A stretch of 64,000 nt of DNA, taken from positions 32,001 to 96,000 of the forward strand of contig JBJKQR010000008.1 in NCBI GenBank assembly GCA_046735395.1. Direction: 5' to 3'. This DNA is from Fidelibacterota bacterium (lineage in GTDB: Bacteria > Fidelibacterota > Fidelibacteria > Fidelibacterales > DSDE01). The notes beneath the pieces were generated by a model. The model was not told the origin of the DNA and did no database searches. It was given only the letters and a program-made list of their open reading frames with translations. Shown here in pieces: positions 1 through 10,210 of this stretch. Made by a program: the position numbers and the translations under genes. Within the stretch, counting starts at the first letter, position 1; each line of letters begins with the position of its first letter.

Positions 1-635
1 CGGTCTGGACAATGGCCGCCCAGGGCGTTCTGGCCTGGGCCGAATTTTTCCTCAACGGCCGCTATCCGGCCACACGGCTGGTGGCAATGGCCGGGACGGG
101 GCTGAGCGAACGCCGCTATGTCCGGGCTACAGAGGGTATGATGATCCGGGACATGGTGAATGGTGGGACCACGACAGATGATGTCCGTTTTATTTCGGGC
201 AATATTCTCACCGGAAGCCGTCGCCGGGTTGAAGGGTTTATCGGATTTTACGACAACCTGCTGTCCGTTATTCCCGAAGGACGGAAACGGCGCTTTCTGG
301 GCTGGATCTGGCCGGGACTGAAATCCTTCAGTTTTTCGAAGACCTTTCTATCTGCCCTGGTGCCGCTGAAAAGCTATAATCTGGATACCAATACAAATGG
401 CGGCCTGAGGGCCTTTGTACAGACGGGTATTTTTGAACAGGTGCTTCCCATGGACATATATCCTGATTTTCTGATCCGCTCCATCCTTGCCGAAGATATT
501 GCCGAGATGGAAGGACTGGGGATCTACGAAGTCTGTGAAGAGGATTTTGCACTCTGTTCCTATATTGATCCGTCCAAGAATGATGTGTGCGGAATTATCC
601 GGCATGGTCTCGAACTTATAGAAAAAGAGGGTTAG
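1..635 (+). CDS. nqrA: Na(+)-translocating NADH:quinone reductase subunit A, C-terminal part (5' truncated by window edge)
   Basis: Frame open from window start; RFISGNILTG, GGLRAFVQTG, VLPMDIYP, LGIYEVCEEDFALCSYIDPSK; first gene of nqrB-F run. Confidence 0.93.
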   Translation, partial: VWTMAAQGVLAWAEFFLNGRYPATRLVAMAGTGLSERRYVRATEGMMIRDMVNGGTTTDDVRFISGNILTGSRRRVEGFIGFYDNLLSVIPEGRKRRFLGWIWPGLKSFSFSKTFLSALVPLKSYNLDTNTNGGLRAFVQTGIFEQVLPMDIYPDFLIRSILAEDIAEMEGLGIYEVCEEDFALCSYIDPSKNDVCGIIRHGLELIEKEG

Positions 636-639
636 GCCA

Positions 640-1797
640 GTGAAAGGATTAGAAAAACTTCTGAAAAAAATAGAGCCGCATGTCTCGAAGGGAGGAAAAT
701 ACCAGATTCTGTTTCCTCTCTATGAGGTTGTGGACACCTTATTGCTTACATCGGCCGAAGTGACAGGCTCCCGGCCTCATGTCAGAGATAAAATCGACCT
801 GAAGCGCCTCATGTCCATGGTCATCATCGCCCTGTTGCCGGCGCTGTTTTTCGGTGCCTACAATGTGGGCGCGCAGGCCATGATTGCCGAGGGAAAGAGC
901 GTTCTGTTCTGGGCGGCCTTCAGCCGCGGCTTCATGAAAATTCTTCCCATCATCGTCGTGTCCTATGCCGTGGGCGGCTTCTGGGAAGTGCTCTTTGCCA
1001 TCGTGAGAAAACACGAAGTGAACGAGGGCTTCTTTGTAACGGGCCTCCTGTTTCCTCTGGTGCTCCCGCCGACCATACCTCTCTGGCAGGTGGCAATCGG
1101 AATCAGTTTCGGCGTGGTCATCGGTAAGGAAGTCTTCGGCGGAACCGGCATGAATGTATTGAATCCGGCTCTCGTCGGCCGGGCCTTTCTCTTCTTTGCC
1201 TATCCGGGCAATATCAGCGGAGACAAGGTCTGGGTCATCAGCGACGCCTTTACCGGAGCCACACCTCTCTCCGTCGCGGCATCCACGCCGGGGGGCCATT
1301 CGGTGGTCCAGTATCTCATGAATGCCCACTATTCACTCAGTACTCTCTTTTATGGAAATCATGCCGGAAGTATCGGAGAAACGTCCACCCTTGCCATTCT
1401 CATCGGAGCGGCCTTTCTGCTGCTGACCCGAACGGCAAACTGGCGTATCATGATCGCCGTACTCATCGGTACACTGGGAACGTCAGAGATTTTCTATCTG
1501 GCCGGATCCACAACGAATGCCATGTTTTCCATGCCTCCCTACTATCATCTGTTTCTGGGCGGCTTCATGTTCGGGACGGTCTTCATGGCCACGGACCCGG
1601 TTTCGGCGGCAGCCACCCGGAAGGGCATGTGGTTTTACGGGATTCTCATCGGCGCCATGGTCGTCCTCATCCGCACCGTCAATCCGGCCTATCCCGAGGG
1701 CATGATGCTGGCTATCCTGTTCGGAAACGTGTTCGCACCGCTCTTCGATTACTTCGTGGTACGGGCCAATATCAATAGGAGGATGAAACGTGCATAG
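640..1797 (+). CDS. nqrB: Na(+)-NQR subunit B
   Basis: HVRDKIDLKRLM, VNEGFFVT, KEVFGGTGMN, FMN-accepting TGATPL, ATDPVS, YPEGMMLAIL. Confidence 0.96.
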   Translation: MKGLEKLLKKIEPHVSKGGKYQILFPLYEVVDTLLLTSAEVTGSRPHVRDKIDLKRLMSMVIIALLPALFFGAYNVGAQAMIAEGKSVLFWAAFSRGFMKILPIIVVSYAVGGFWEVLFAIVRKHEVNEGFFVTGLLFPLVLPPTIPLWQVAIGISFGVVIGKEVFGGTGMNVLNPALVGRAFLFFAYPGNISGDKVWVISDAFTGATPLSVAASTPGGHSVVQYLMNAHYSLSTLFYGNHAGSIGETSTLAILIGAAFLLLTRTANWRIMIAVLIGTLGTSEIFYLAGSTTNAMFSMPPYYHLFLGGFMFGTVFMATDPVSAAATRKGMWFYGILIGAMVVLIRTVNPAYPEGMMLAILFGNVFAPLFDYFVVRANINRRMKRA

Positions 1798-2491
1798 CGA
1801 CAGATATACATTATTTTTTGCCATGACCATCACGATCGTCGCCTCCATCCTGCTGGCGTCGGCGGCGACGTTGCTCAAACCGTTTCAGGCACGCAACGAG
1901 GCTCTGGACAAAAAGAAGAACATTCTGATTTCGGCCGGACTTCTGGCCGGAGATCAGCTGAATCATATCACACCGGCTCTGATTGAGGATACTTACAAGA
2001 CGTCAATCCGGGAGGTTGTGATCAATCTTCAGGGCGAGATTCAGGACAACGTGGCCGTGAACACGCTGGATCCGAAAAACTCACCGGACCTGCTTCCTCT
2101 CTATATCAATGAGAAGGGCGGTCAGATGAACGGCATTATCATTCCCGTTTCGGGCAAGGGCCTGTGGTCCACCATTTACGGGTACATTGCCCTGGAAAAG
2201 GATTTCAACACCGTCGCCGGCATTACCTTCTACAAGAACGGGGAAACACCGGGCCTGGGCGCTGAAATCGCAAAGCCGGCCTTTTCGGGCCAGTTCCGCG
2301 GAAAGACGATTTTCGAGAACGGAGCCCTCACCGGTATAACCATTGCCAAGGGGCACGCGCTGAATCCAGACAACCATACGGTGGATGGAATCTCGGGTGC
2401 GACTCTCACCGGCAAGGGTGTCAATACCTTCCTTCTGAAGGATTTGAATTTATATCTTCCCTATATCACAAAAAATCAGGAGGGCATGTAA
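1790..2491 (+). CDS. nqrC: Na(+)-NQR subunit C
   Basis: N-terminal TM helix, GKGLWSTIYG, ETPGLGAEI, FMN-binding DGISGATLT. Confidence 0.96.
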   Translation: MHSDRYTLFFAMTITIVASILLASAATLLKPFQARNEALDKKKNILISAGLLAGDQLNHITPALIEDTYKTSIREVVINLQGEIQDNVAVNTLDPKNSPDLLPLYINEKGGQMNGIIIPVSGKGLWSTIYGYIALEKDFNTVAGITFYKNGETPGLGAEIAKPAFSGQFRGKTIFENGALTGITIAKGHALNPDNHTVDGISGATLTGKGVNTFLLKDLNLYLPYITKNQEGM

Positions 2492-3121
2492 ATGGCTGTC
2501 CTATCTCCAAAAAATAAGCGGGCGTTGTACGATCCTCTGATCGAGAACAACCCCATCAATAAACAGGTGCTCGGAATCTGTTCATCTCTTGCGGTGACGG
2601 TGCAGATTAAGACCGCCATCGTCATGGCGCTGGCCGTGACCTTTGTCCTGGGTTTTTCCAATCTCGTCATATCAATGCTGCGAAATTATATTCCGTCCAA
2701 GATCCGCATCATTGTGGAACTGACCATCATCGCCACTCTGGTCATCCTGGTGGATCAGATTCTCAAGGCCTTCCTCTTTGATATTTCCAAACAGCTGTCC
2801 GTATTTGTGGGACTGATCATCACAAACTGTATCGTCATGGGCCGGGCGGAAGCCTACGCGCTTCAGAACAAGCCCTTCCCCAGTTTTCTGGACGGAATCG
2901 GCAACGGTCTCGGCTACGGATTTATCCTGCTGGTGGTCTCTACGGGCCGGGAGTTGCTGGGAAGCGGATCCCTGCTGGGCTTCAAGGTCATTCCCCAGTC
3001 CTTTTACGATGCAGGATACCAGAACATGGGCCTGATGGTGCTGGCGCCCGGAGCCTTTATCCTCCTGGGCCTTTTCATCTGGATACAGCGGTCCATCATT
3101 AAATATGTCGAAGCGGATTAG
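2492..3121 (+). CDS. nqrD: Na(+)-NQR subunit D
   Basis: [39 protein letters not shown]. Confidence 0.96.
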   Translation: MAVLSPKNKRALYDPLIENNPINKQVLGICSSLAVTVQIKTAIVMALAVTFVLGFSNLVISMLRNYIPSKIRIIVELTIIATLVILVDQILKAFLFDISKQLSVFVGLIITNCIVMGRAEAYALQNKPFPSFLDGIGNGLGYGFILLVVSTGRELLGSGSLLGFKVIPQSFYDAGYQNMGLMVLAPGAFILLGLFIWIQRSIIKYVEAD

Positions 3122-3130
3122 GAGGTCATC

Positions 3131-3739
3131 ATGGAACATCTGTTAAGCCTTCTTGTCAAGTCCATATTTGTTGAAAATATCCTTCTTGCCTTCTTTCTGG
3201 GGATGTGCTCCTTTCTGGCCGTCTCGAAGAAAGTCGAGAATTCGATCGGCCTGGGACTTGCCGTCGTCTTCGTCATGGTTATCACCGTTCCGGTGGACTG
3301 GCTCATCAATCATTATCTGCTTCGTGAAGGCGCTCTGGCCTGGGCCGGCCTGCCCGAAATGGATCTGAGCTTTCTGACCTTCATTTCCTTTATTGCCGTG
3401 ATTGCCGCCATGGTTCAGCTGGTGGAAATGGCTCTGGATAAATTTTTTCCGGCGCTGTATACGGCCCTGGGAATTTTCCTGCCCCTGATCGCCGTCAACT
3501 GCGCGATCCTCGGCGCGTCGCTGTTCATGGTGGAACGGGATTATGCCCTGGCCGAAGCGACCGTCTACGGATTCGGATCCGGGATGGGGTTCTTCCTGGC
3601 CATCGTGACCATGGCCGCGATTCGCTATAAAGTCAGGTATTCCAATGTTCCGGAAGGAATGAGAGGACTTGGCATCGCAATGATCATTACGGGACTGATG
3701 GCCATGGCTTTCATGAGCTTCTCCGGTATCAGCCTTTAA
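3131..3739 (+). CDS. nqrE: Na(+)-NQR subunit E
   Basis: [40 protein letters not shown]. Confidence 0.96.
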   Translation: MEHLLSLLVKSIFVENILLAFFLGMCSFLAVSKKVENSIGLGLAVVFVMVITVPVDWLINHYLLREGALAWAGLPEMDLSFLTFISFIAVIAAMVQLVEMALDKFFPALYTALGIFLPLIAVNCAILGASLFMVERDYALAEATVYGFGSGMGFFLAIVTMAAIRYKVRYSNVPEGMRGLGIAMIITGLMAMAFMSFSGISL

Positions 3740-3756
3740 GGATGGAGGATTAAGTT

Positions 3757-4983
3757 TTGAATTCCCTAGAAATCATTCTTCTCAGTATTGCTGTCTTCAC
3801 GGGACTCATTGTCATCATGGTGCTGATTTTAAATTTTGCCGCGTCCAAACTGGTGAATAGCGGTGATGTGACGCTGGTTATCAATGATGACGAGAGCAAA
3901 TCCCTGACGGTTCCGGCCGGAGGCACACTGCTGGCGACCCTTGCTAATGAAAAGATCTTTCTTCCCTCGGCCTGCGGCGGCGGCGGAACCTGCGCTATGT
4001 GTACCTGCCAGGTCATGGACGGCGGCGGCGATATCCTGCCCACCGAAACCGGCGCCATTTCCTACGCACGACAGAAGGAACACTGGCGTCTGGCCTGTCA
4101 GGTCAAGGTGAAAAATGACTTGAAACTCCGGATTCCCGATGAAATTTTCAATATTCAGAAATTCGACTGCACGGTGCGCAGCAACCGGAATGTCGCCACT
4201 TTCATCAAGGAGCTGGTGCTGGAACTGCCCAAGGGCCAGCATCTGGATTTCAAGGCGGGTGGATATATTCAGATTGATGTGCCGCCCTATGACATTCAGT
4301 TTCAGAATTTTATCATAGAGGATGAATATCGCGAGGACTGGGAAAAGTATCATCTTTTCGATCTGAAGGCCAAAAATCCCGAACCCATATTCCGTGCGTA
4401 TTCCATGGCGAATCATCCTGCGGAAGGGGACATCGTCATGCTCAATATCCGCATTGCCACCCCGCCTCCCGGACTGGACGTGCCTCCGGGAATCTGCTCT
4501 TCCTATGTATTCAATCTGAAGCCGGGCGATCCGGTGACCATTTCCGGCCCTTACGGCGAATTTTTCGTGAAGGATTCGGACCGGGAAATGATGTTCATCG
4601 GCGGCGGTGCCGGAATGGCTCCCATGCGCTCTCATGTCTTCAACCAGTTCAAAACCCTGAACACGCACCGCAAGGCGACGTTCTGGTACGGCGCCCGGTC
4701 GAAGCGGGAAATGTTCTATGATGATGAATTTCAGGACCTGGCGGAAAAATTTCCCAATTTCAATTATACGGTCGCGCTGTCTGAACCGCTACCTGCGGAT
4801 AACTGGGATGGCCCGGTGGGCTTCATTCATCAGGTGATTTTTGATAATTACCTCAGCAGGCACGAGGATCCGTCAGAAATCGAATATTATCTCTGCGGCC
4901 CGCCCATGATGATCTCTGCCGTCAATAAAATGCTCTATGACCTGGGCGTGGATAAGGAAAACATCATGTACGATGAATTCTGA
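3757..4983 (+). CDS. nqrF: Na(+)-NQR subunit F
   Basis: 2Fe-2S motif [12 protein letters not shown]...[31 protein letters not shown] start with GGAGG RBS. Confidence 0.97.
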   Translation: MNSLEIILLSIAVFTGLIVIMVLILNFAASKLVNSGDVTLVINDDESKSLTVPAGGTLLATLANEKIFLPSACGGGGTCAMCTCQVMDGGGDILPTETGAISYARQKEHWRLACQVKVKNDLKLRIPDEIFNIQKFDCTVRSNRNVATFIKELVLELPKGQHLDFKAGGYIQIDVPPYDIQFQNFIIEDEYREDWEKYHLFDLKAKNPEPIFRAYSMANHPAEGDIVMLNIRIATPPPGLDVPPGICSSYVFNLKPGDPVTISGPYGEFFVKDSDREMMFIGGGAGMAPMRSHVFNQFKTLNTHRKATFWYGARSKREMFYDDEFQDLAEKFPNFNYTVALSEPLPADNWDGPVGFIHQVIFDNYLSRHEDPSEIEYYLCGPPMMISAVNKMLYDLGVDKENIMYDEF

Positions 4984-5005
4984 GAGTACAAAAATACTTC
5001 ATGTG

Positions 5006-5034
5006 AAACCCGGCTTCGGCCGGGTTTTTATTTT
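5006..5034 (+). terminator. Rho-independent terminator of the nqr operon
   Basis: Perfect stem AAACCCGGC-TTCG-GCCGGGTTT followed by a T-rich tail. Confidence 0.9.
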
Positions 5035-5153
5035 ACTGTGAAAAATCTGTCGGATATGGTCACAGAAAATAAAGCGTACCTTATTTATATAAAATCGCTT
5101 ACATTCGTTCAAATGAGAACCGGATTATTTAATTTCACGGAAGGACTTGAGCA

Positions 5154-5786
5154 ATGTCTGTAAACCGTGTATTGATCGCAGATGACAGCAGTACGACACG
5201 CCGGCTTCTGGAAAAGAAGCTTGAGGCCTGGGATTTCGGCGTGACGAGTGTTCGGGACGGAGAGGAGGCCTGGCAGCTATTGCAGAAGGATGACAGTCCC
5301 CGGCTTCTTCTTCTGGATTGGATCATGCCGGTCTACGAAGGGACGGAATTGTGCCGGATGCTGAGGGAAAAGGAGGCCGGCTCTACGATGCCGACCTATA
5401 TCATTCTGCTTACGGCAAACCGGGAAAAGGGAGATATTGTCCGCGGCCTGGAGGCGGGAGCCAATGACTATATTACCAAACCTTTCGATGATGCCGAGCT
5501 GAAAGCTCGTCTGGATGTGGGCTTGAGAGTGCTGTCTCTTCAGAAGCAGCTGCAGGCGAAAATCCGGGATTTACAGCGATCACTTGAGGAAATTAAAACG
5601 CTGCAGGGAATCCTGCCCATCTGCCCCTACTGCAAGAAAGTCCGGAATGATGATAATTACTGGGAACAGGTTGAGGAGTATATCACACATCGCAGCGCTG
5701 CCGAATTCAGCCACGCCATCTGTCCCTCCTGTTTCGAAAAGCACCTCGCGCCCCAGCTCAAGGATCTGGGTATCCGGCGCAAATGA
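5154..5786 (+). CDS. Response regulator: receiver domain, coiled coil and C-terminal CxxC/HxxCxxC domain
   Basis: LIADD, LLDWIMP, LLTA, YITKPF receiver motifs; C-terminal ICPYCKK...SHAICPSC. Confidence 0.88.
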   Translation: MSVNRVLIADDSSTTRRLLEKKLEAWDFGVTSVRDGEEAWQLLQKDDSPRLLLLDWIMPVYEGTELCRMLREKEAGSTMPTYIILLTANREKGDIVRGLEAGANDYITKPFDDAELKARLDVGLRVLSLQKQLQAKIRDLQRSLEEIKTLQGILPICPYCKKVRNDDNYWEQVEEYITHRSAAEFSHAICPSCFEKHLAPQLKDLGIRRK

Positions 5787-5850
5787 CAGGGTTATTCCGG
5801 GTTCGGAAGAATCCGTTTATTAAAATGTTTTATTCAAGATACGATTGGGA

Positions 5851-6648
5851 ATGGAAGTTATGAGGGCCATCCGCCTGTGCCGTGTGTCTGCAGTGCTTAT
5901 TTGGGCCGGAATGCTGACTGTTTCCGCCTGCAGCCGGACGCAATCTGAAATTCCGCGGGTCGCCGTGGCGGCCAGCCTGTATCCGGCCGCAGACAGTATA
6001 TTGAGTCTCTACGAGGCAAAAAGCGAATTCCGGCCGCAGCTGATCAGCGCATCAAGCGGAGCGCTTACAACACAGATATTACAGGGTGCGCCCATAGATA
6101 TTTTCCTGTCCGCCGATACAGCCTATCCGGAAAAACTGTTTCGCCGCGGATGTGTTATTGCCGGGCCGGATCGTTTCAGCCGGGGACGGCTGATTCTCCT
6201 GTCGGCCAGGATAGAAACAGCACTGAGTCTGAACATGCTCCGCCGTACGGATATCCGGAAAATTGCCATCGCCAATCCGGAAACGGCGCCCTACGGGACG
6301 GCGGCCATGGAGGTACTCGAGGCCTTGGGTTGGACCGATTCCCTGCGTGCGAAACTTGTATTTGCCGAAAATGTCAGTCAGTGCAATTCCTTTATTCTGA
6401 GCGGAAATGTGGACATCGGCTTTACGGCACAGTCAGTCCTGTCGGCGCGAGGCGTACCCGCGTCGGTCCGCAGCCTGAGAATTCCCGATTCTCTCTACTC
6501 TCCCATTGATCAGTCCGCTGTTTTGATCCGCAGAGCCGGGCCGCCATCCGAAACAGTCGCTTCGCTGTATCAATATTTCTTTTCGGACACTGCGGCGCTG
6601 GTGTTCCGGCATTTCGGATATGAGGTCCCGGAAAGGGTGAAACCGTGA
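5851..6648 (+). CDS. modA: Molybdate ABC transporter substrate-binding lipoprotein (start uncertain, 5845-5860)
   Basis: AVAASL, SSGALTTQILQGAPIDIFLSAD, IAIANPETAPYG, ENVSQ; lipobox VSAC. Confidence 0.9.
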   Translation: MEVMRAIRLCRVSAVLIWAGMLTVSACSRTQSEIPRVAVAASLYPAADSILSLYEAKSEFRPQLISASSGALTTQILQGAPIDIFLSADTAYPEKLFRRGCVIAGPDRFSRGRLILLSARIETALSLNMLRRTDIRKIAIANPETAPYGTAAMEVLEALGWTDSLRAKLVFAENVSQCNSFILSGNVDIGFTAQSVLSARGVPASVRSLRIPDSLYSPIDQSAVLIRRAGPPSETVASLYQYFFSDTAALVFRHFGYEVPERVKP

Positions 6649-7046
6649 ATCGTCTTGAGGCGCGTATCTGCGATATTCAGACAAGCTCCGGCCTGAGTCT
6701 GGTTTCTCTTGAGCTGGGGTCCTGCTCTCTGCAGGCCATCATTATCGAAAATCCCGAAACGGTGGAGTATTTACGCGTCGGAAATACCGTATTTGCCCTC
6801 TTCAATGAAACGGAAGTGATTCTGAGTTCCGAGTCCCATGAAAAACTGTCTCTCCGCAACCAGATTCCCTGTACGGTGAAGGATGTGGATCGCGGTGAAA
6901 TGCTGGCGCGGATCTGTCTCGATTTTGAGGGACGGGAACTTCGCTCGGTGATTACGAGCGCCGCGGCTGCCGAGCTTGCGCTTCAACCCGGGATGGCAGA
7001 GTGGGCGATGATCAATACAAATGAAATCATGCTGAGCGATCAATGA
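6645..7046 (+). CDS. Tandem TOBE/Mop-domain molybdate-binding protein
   Basis: SLRNQIPCTV and SVITSAAAAELALQPG; sits between modA and modB with 4-nt overlaps. Confidence 0.82.
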   Translation: MNRLEARICDIQTSSGLSLVSLELGSCSLQAIIIENPETVEYLRVGNTVFALFNETEVILSSESHEKLSLRNQIPCTVKDVDRGEMLARICLDFEGRELRSVITSAAAAELALQPGMAEWAMINTNEIMLSDQ

Positions 7047-7714
7047 ATGCAGCCCCGCTCCTCCTGTCCTTCCGGCTGGCGCTGCTGACCAGCTTACTGC
7101 TCCTGCTTGTGGCGGTTCCTCTGGCCTACCGGGTGAGCCATCTTTCACGGAAAAAAAGTTCGTTTCTGGAGAGTCTGCTGTCGCTTCCGCTGGTCTTGCC
7201 ACCCACCGTTCTGGGTTTTTATCTCCTGCTGCTCATGAGTCCGTCACAGGGCGTGGGCGCTTTTTTACACAGCCATTTCGGACTCCGGCTGGCCTTCAGT
7301 TTCAGCGGCCTGGTGATCGGAAGTATGATTTACAGTTTTCCCTTTATGTTCAATCCGGTGCTGAATGCCTTCCGCGGCCTTCCCGAATCCTATGAGGACG
7401 CGGCGGCGGTTCTGGGAAAATCGCGTCCGGAGATTTTTTTCCGGGTTCTGCTGCCGAATATCCGGCCCTCCTTATTCAGCGGATTCGTTATGGCCTTTGC
7501 CCATACGGTGGGCGAATTCGGTGTCGTTCTCATGATCGGCGGAAATATTCCCGGTCTGACCCGTGTCGCATCCATCGCCATCTATGAAGAAGTGGAAAAA
7601 CTCAATTACAATGCGGCCCATCTCACCTCCGCCATCCTGCTTGGATTCAGTTTCCTCATCCTGTTTGTCATGTATTTTATCAATCATTCCGGACAGCACG
7701 GGACAGAGCGATGA
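7043..7714 (+). CDS. modB: Molybdate ABC transporter permease
   Basis: LPLVLPPTVLGFYLL, FAHTVGEFGVVLMIGGNIPG. Confidence 0.95.
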   Translation: MNAAPLLLSFRLALLTSLLLLLVAVPLAYRVSHLSRKKSSFLESLLSLPLVLPPTVLGFYLLLLMSPSQGVGAFLHSHFGLRLAFSFSGLVIGSMIYSFPFMFNPVLNAFRGLPESYEDAAAVLGKSRPEIFFRVLLPNIRPSLFSGFVMAFAHTVGEFGVVLMIGGNIPGLTRVASIAIYEEVEKLNYNAAHLTSAILLGFSFLILFVMYFINHSGQHGTER

Positions 7715-8583
7715 TCCGTTTTCATCTGAAATATTCCATCCGGCAGGATCCGGAGAATTTCAATCTGGATTGCCGGGGAGAGATTCATGATGGCGAGGCC
7801 ATCACGCTGTATGGAAAAAGCGGTGCCGGAAAGAGCACGCTGCTGCGCTGCCTCTCCGGGCTGATCCGGCCGGACGCCGGGACTATTTATGATGGAGACC
7901 GCTGTATTTATGACAGTGAGGCCGGGATTTTTCTTCCCGCACGATCGCGGCACATGTCCCTGCTGTTTCAGGATTATGCCCTGTTTCCCAATATGACAGT
8001 GGAGGGGAATATCCGCTTCGGGATGAAAAAGGGTGAAGATGCGTCCTATCTGAAGGAATTGATGGATGTCATGAACATCACCGCCTTGCGGGGGCGCTAT
8101 CCCCGGACGCTTTCCGGCGGAGAACAGCAGCGGACTGCGCTGGCCCGTGCTCTGGCCGCGAGGCCTTCTCTGCTGCTGCTCGATGAACCTCTGGCTGCGC
8201 TGGATTATGAAACCCGGCTGCGGCTTCAGGATTATCTGCTGGAAATACAGAAACGCTACGGCTTGACCCTGCTGCTGGTCAGTCACGATCCCTCTGAAAT
8301 TCTGCGTCTGTCTCAGCGGGTTTTCGTGATGGAGGCGGGAAAAATTTCAGGAGAGCCCTCGGCCGCCTCTCTCTTTTCCTCAAAGCATATTTCGGGAAAA
8401 TTCCGTTTTGCCGGCCATGTGATATCGGTGGACGTGGCGGATGTGATCTGCATTGTCATGGTGCAGGTGGATTCGTCTGTCGTTCGGGTTGTGGCCGACC
8501 GGGAGGATGTGAAGGACCTGAAGCCCGGCGACCGGGTCATGATCGCGTCAAAAGCCTTTAATCCGATTCTGGTAAAAATATAA
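7711..8583 (+). CDS. modC: Molybdate ABC transporter ATP-binding protein with C-terminal TOBE
   Basis: Walker A GKSGAGKS, LSGGEQQR, LLLDEP; operon context. Confidence 0.9.
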   Translation: MIRFHLKYSIRQDPENFNLDCRGEIHDGEAITLYGKSGAGKSTLLRCLSGLIRPDAGTIYDGDRCIYDSEAGIFLPARSRHMSLLFQDYALFPNMTVEGNIRFGMKKGEDASYLKELMDVMNITALRGRYPRTLSGGEQQRTALARALAARPSLLLLDEPLAALDYETRLRLQDYLLEIQKRYGLTLLLVSHDPSEILRLSQRVFVMEAGKISGEPSAASLFSSKHISGKFRFAGHVISVDVADVICIVMVQVDSSVVRVVADREDVKDLKPGDRVMIASKAFNPILVKI

Positions 8584-8586
8584 AAA

Positions 8587-8611
8587 CCCCTTCACCCGTC
8601 AGGAAAAGGGG
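8587..8611. terminator. Possible hairpin/terminator between convergent modC and permease genes
   Basis: CCCCTT...AAGGGG stem with a long loop; A-run on the 5' side. Confidence 0.4.
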
Positions 8612-8673
8612 CTGTTGCAAATATACGTCAGGTTTCGTGCTGAATCGGATCCGGGGCCGGAAACCGGGACGGG

Positions 8674-9927
8674 TTATTTTTCTCCCGCGTACTGGTAACC
8701 GATGCCTTCCACCGTTTCCTTCACGAGATTGAGATCAACATTTTCACCTTCGATCTCGACGCGTCCCGTATCAGGATTGGCGGTGACGCCTGTGATGAAG
8801 TCCAGTTTCTTCAGATTCATTTCAACATTCATTTTACAGTGCTGACAGGTCATCCCATTGACCTGAATCGTTGTGAGAGCCATATCGGGTAATCCTTTCT
8901 CTATGCTTTGTGTGTGACGACGTTTCCATTTGAGCCGGAATACATTGAGTGAGGCGATCAGCAGAAACCATCCGCTGGCCATCATCAGCCATTCCGGCAG
9001 AAGCTGATGGCTGTGAAGTGTATGAGTCAGAGGTGTGACAAACCAGGCCTGGGGCAGCAGCACATCAATGGCGGTTCCGAACAGGAGCGCGCCGCCGATG
9101 ATGGAGGCCAGATAGGCGTACAGCGTCCGTTTGCCCATGGCCCGTCCGATGACGGTGATGGTCGCGGCATTGGTGGCCGGCCCGGCCATGAGAAAAACGA
9201 GCACGGCGCCGGCAGAAATCCCCTTGGTCAGCAGGACGGCCGCAATGGGAACCGATGCGGTGGCGCAGACATACATGGGTACGGAGGCGATGAGCATGAT
9301 AAGCATCTGCAGGGATGATGCGCCGAGTACGGAGCTGAAAAAATCATCCGGAACCAGCATTTCGATAAAAGCTGCGACGGCAAGGCCCACAATGAGCCAC
9401 TTGGCAATATCACCGAGAAAATCCACGAAGGCGTAGCGAAAAAGCTCCGTGAAGCTGCGCGGCACGGCCGCGTCCTCTGCGTTCATTGTGCGCGCCTCGT
9501 GCGTCTCGGCCTTTTCCGGATTCAGCAGATGAGAAAGCCAGCCGCCGAAGATGCCGGTGACAAAGGCCACCACAGGGCGGATAATGGCAAAGGGCAGGCC
9601 CAGCATGCTGCTGGTGACCAGAATACTGTCCACTCCGGTCTGGGGCGTGGAAATGAGAAAACTGACGGAAGCCGCCCGGGACGCGCCATTCTTATGAAGC
9701 CCCACACCGGTCGGGATGACGCCGCAGCTGCAGAGCGGAAGCGGAATGCCGATGAGCGCCGCTTTTATGGAACTGAAGAACCCGGAGTCACCGAGAAAAC
9801 GGTTCATGCGCCCGGCCGGGACGAAGATATGCATGAGGCCGGCGATGAAAAAACCGAGAACCAGCCAGGGCGCCATGTCATAGAGCAGCCCTGCGAATAA
9901 GGTGAAATATTTGAGTATGAGTGTCAT
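8674..9927 (-). CDS. SO_0444/ArsP-like (DUF318) metal permease with C-terminal HMA domain
   Basis: PLPLCSCGVIP, ISTPQTGVDS, MYVCATASVP, His-rich linker, GMTCQHC; start placed at MTLILKY. Confidence 0.85.
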   Translation of the reverse strand: MTLILKYFTLFAGLLYDMAPWLVLGFFIAGLMHIFVPAGRMNRFLGDSGFFSSIKAALIGIPLPLCSCGVIPTGVGLHKNGASRAASVSFLISTPQTGVDSILVTSSMLGLPFAIIRPVVAFVTGIFGGWLSHLLNPEKAETHEARTMNAEDAAVPRSFTELFRYAFVDFLGDIAKWLIVGLAVAAFIEMLVPDDFFSSVLGASSLQMLIMLIASVPMYVCATASVPIAAVLLTKGISAGAVLVFLMAGPATNAATITVIGRAMGKRTLYAYLASIIGGALLFGTAIDVLLPQAWFVTPLTHTLHSHQLLPEWLMMASGWFLLIASLNVFRLKWKRRHTQSIEKGLPDMALTTIQVNGMTCQHCKMNVEMNLKKLDFITGVTANPDTGRVEIEGENVDLNLVKETVEGIGYQYAGEK

Positions 9928-10107
9928 GACGGAAAGTCTTTCATTTTGGGGAAAGTTAACAATATTAGTCACATTTATCACTGAAAATATCTATAGAAAC
10001 CGGACGCGTTGAAAGGCATAAGGGAACGCCGTCGCCAGGCGGCAGGATGCCCGACAACAGATTGCAGGCATCAGGAGACCGTCGGCAGGACAAAAGAGGA
10101 AGCAGCT

Positions 10108-10202
10108 CGTCTTCGTTTCACTTCGATAGTATCGAGTCGCCACGTTTTTCGCAGCAGGGCGGAGTTTCGTTTCTTCCCCTCCAACTCGCCAACCCGCCAA
10201 CG
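10108..10202 (+). repeat. Degenerate repeat mosaic shared with the 14.7-15.2 kb region
   Basis: CGTCTTCGTTTCACT (10108-10122) is identical to 15049-15063; TCGTTTCTTCCC (10167-10178) is identical to 14824-14835; followed by octamers CCAACTCG CCAACCCG CCAACG. Confidence 0.65.
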
Positions 10203-10210
10203 TTATCCGG

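Noticed and set aside
9952..9966. AAAGTTAACA upstream of the metal permease, matching half of the TA operator
   Set aside because: Only a half-site; on the minus strand it reads as an ordinary TAACTT -10 element.
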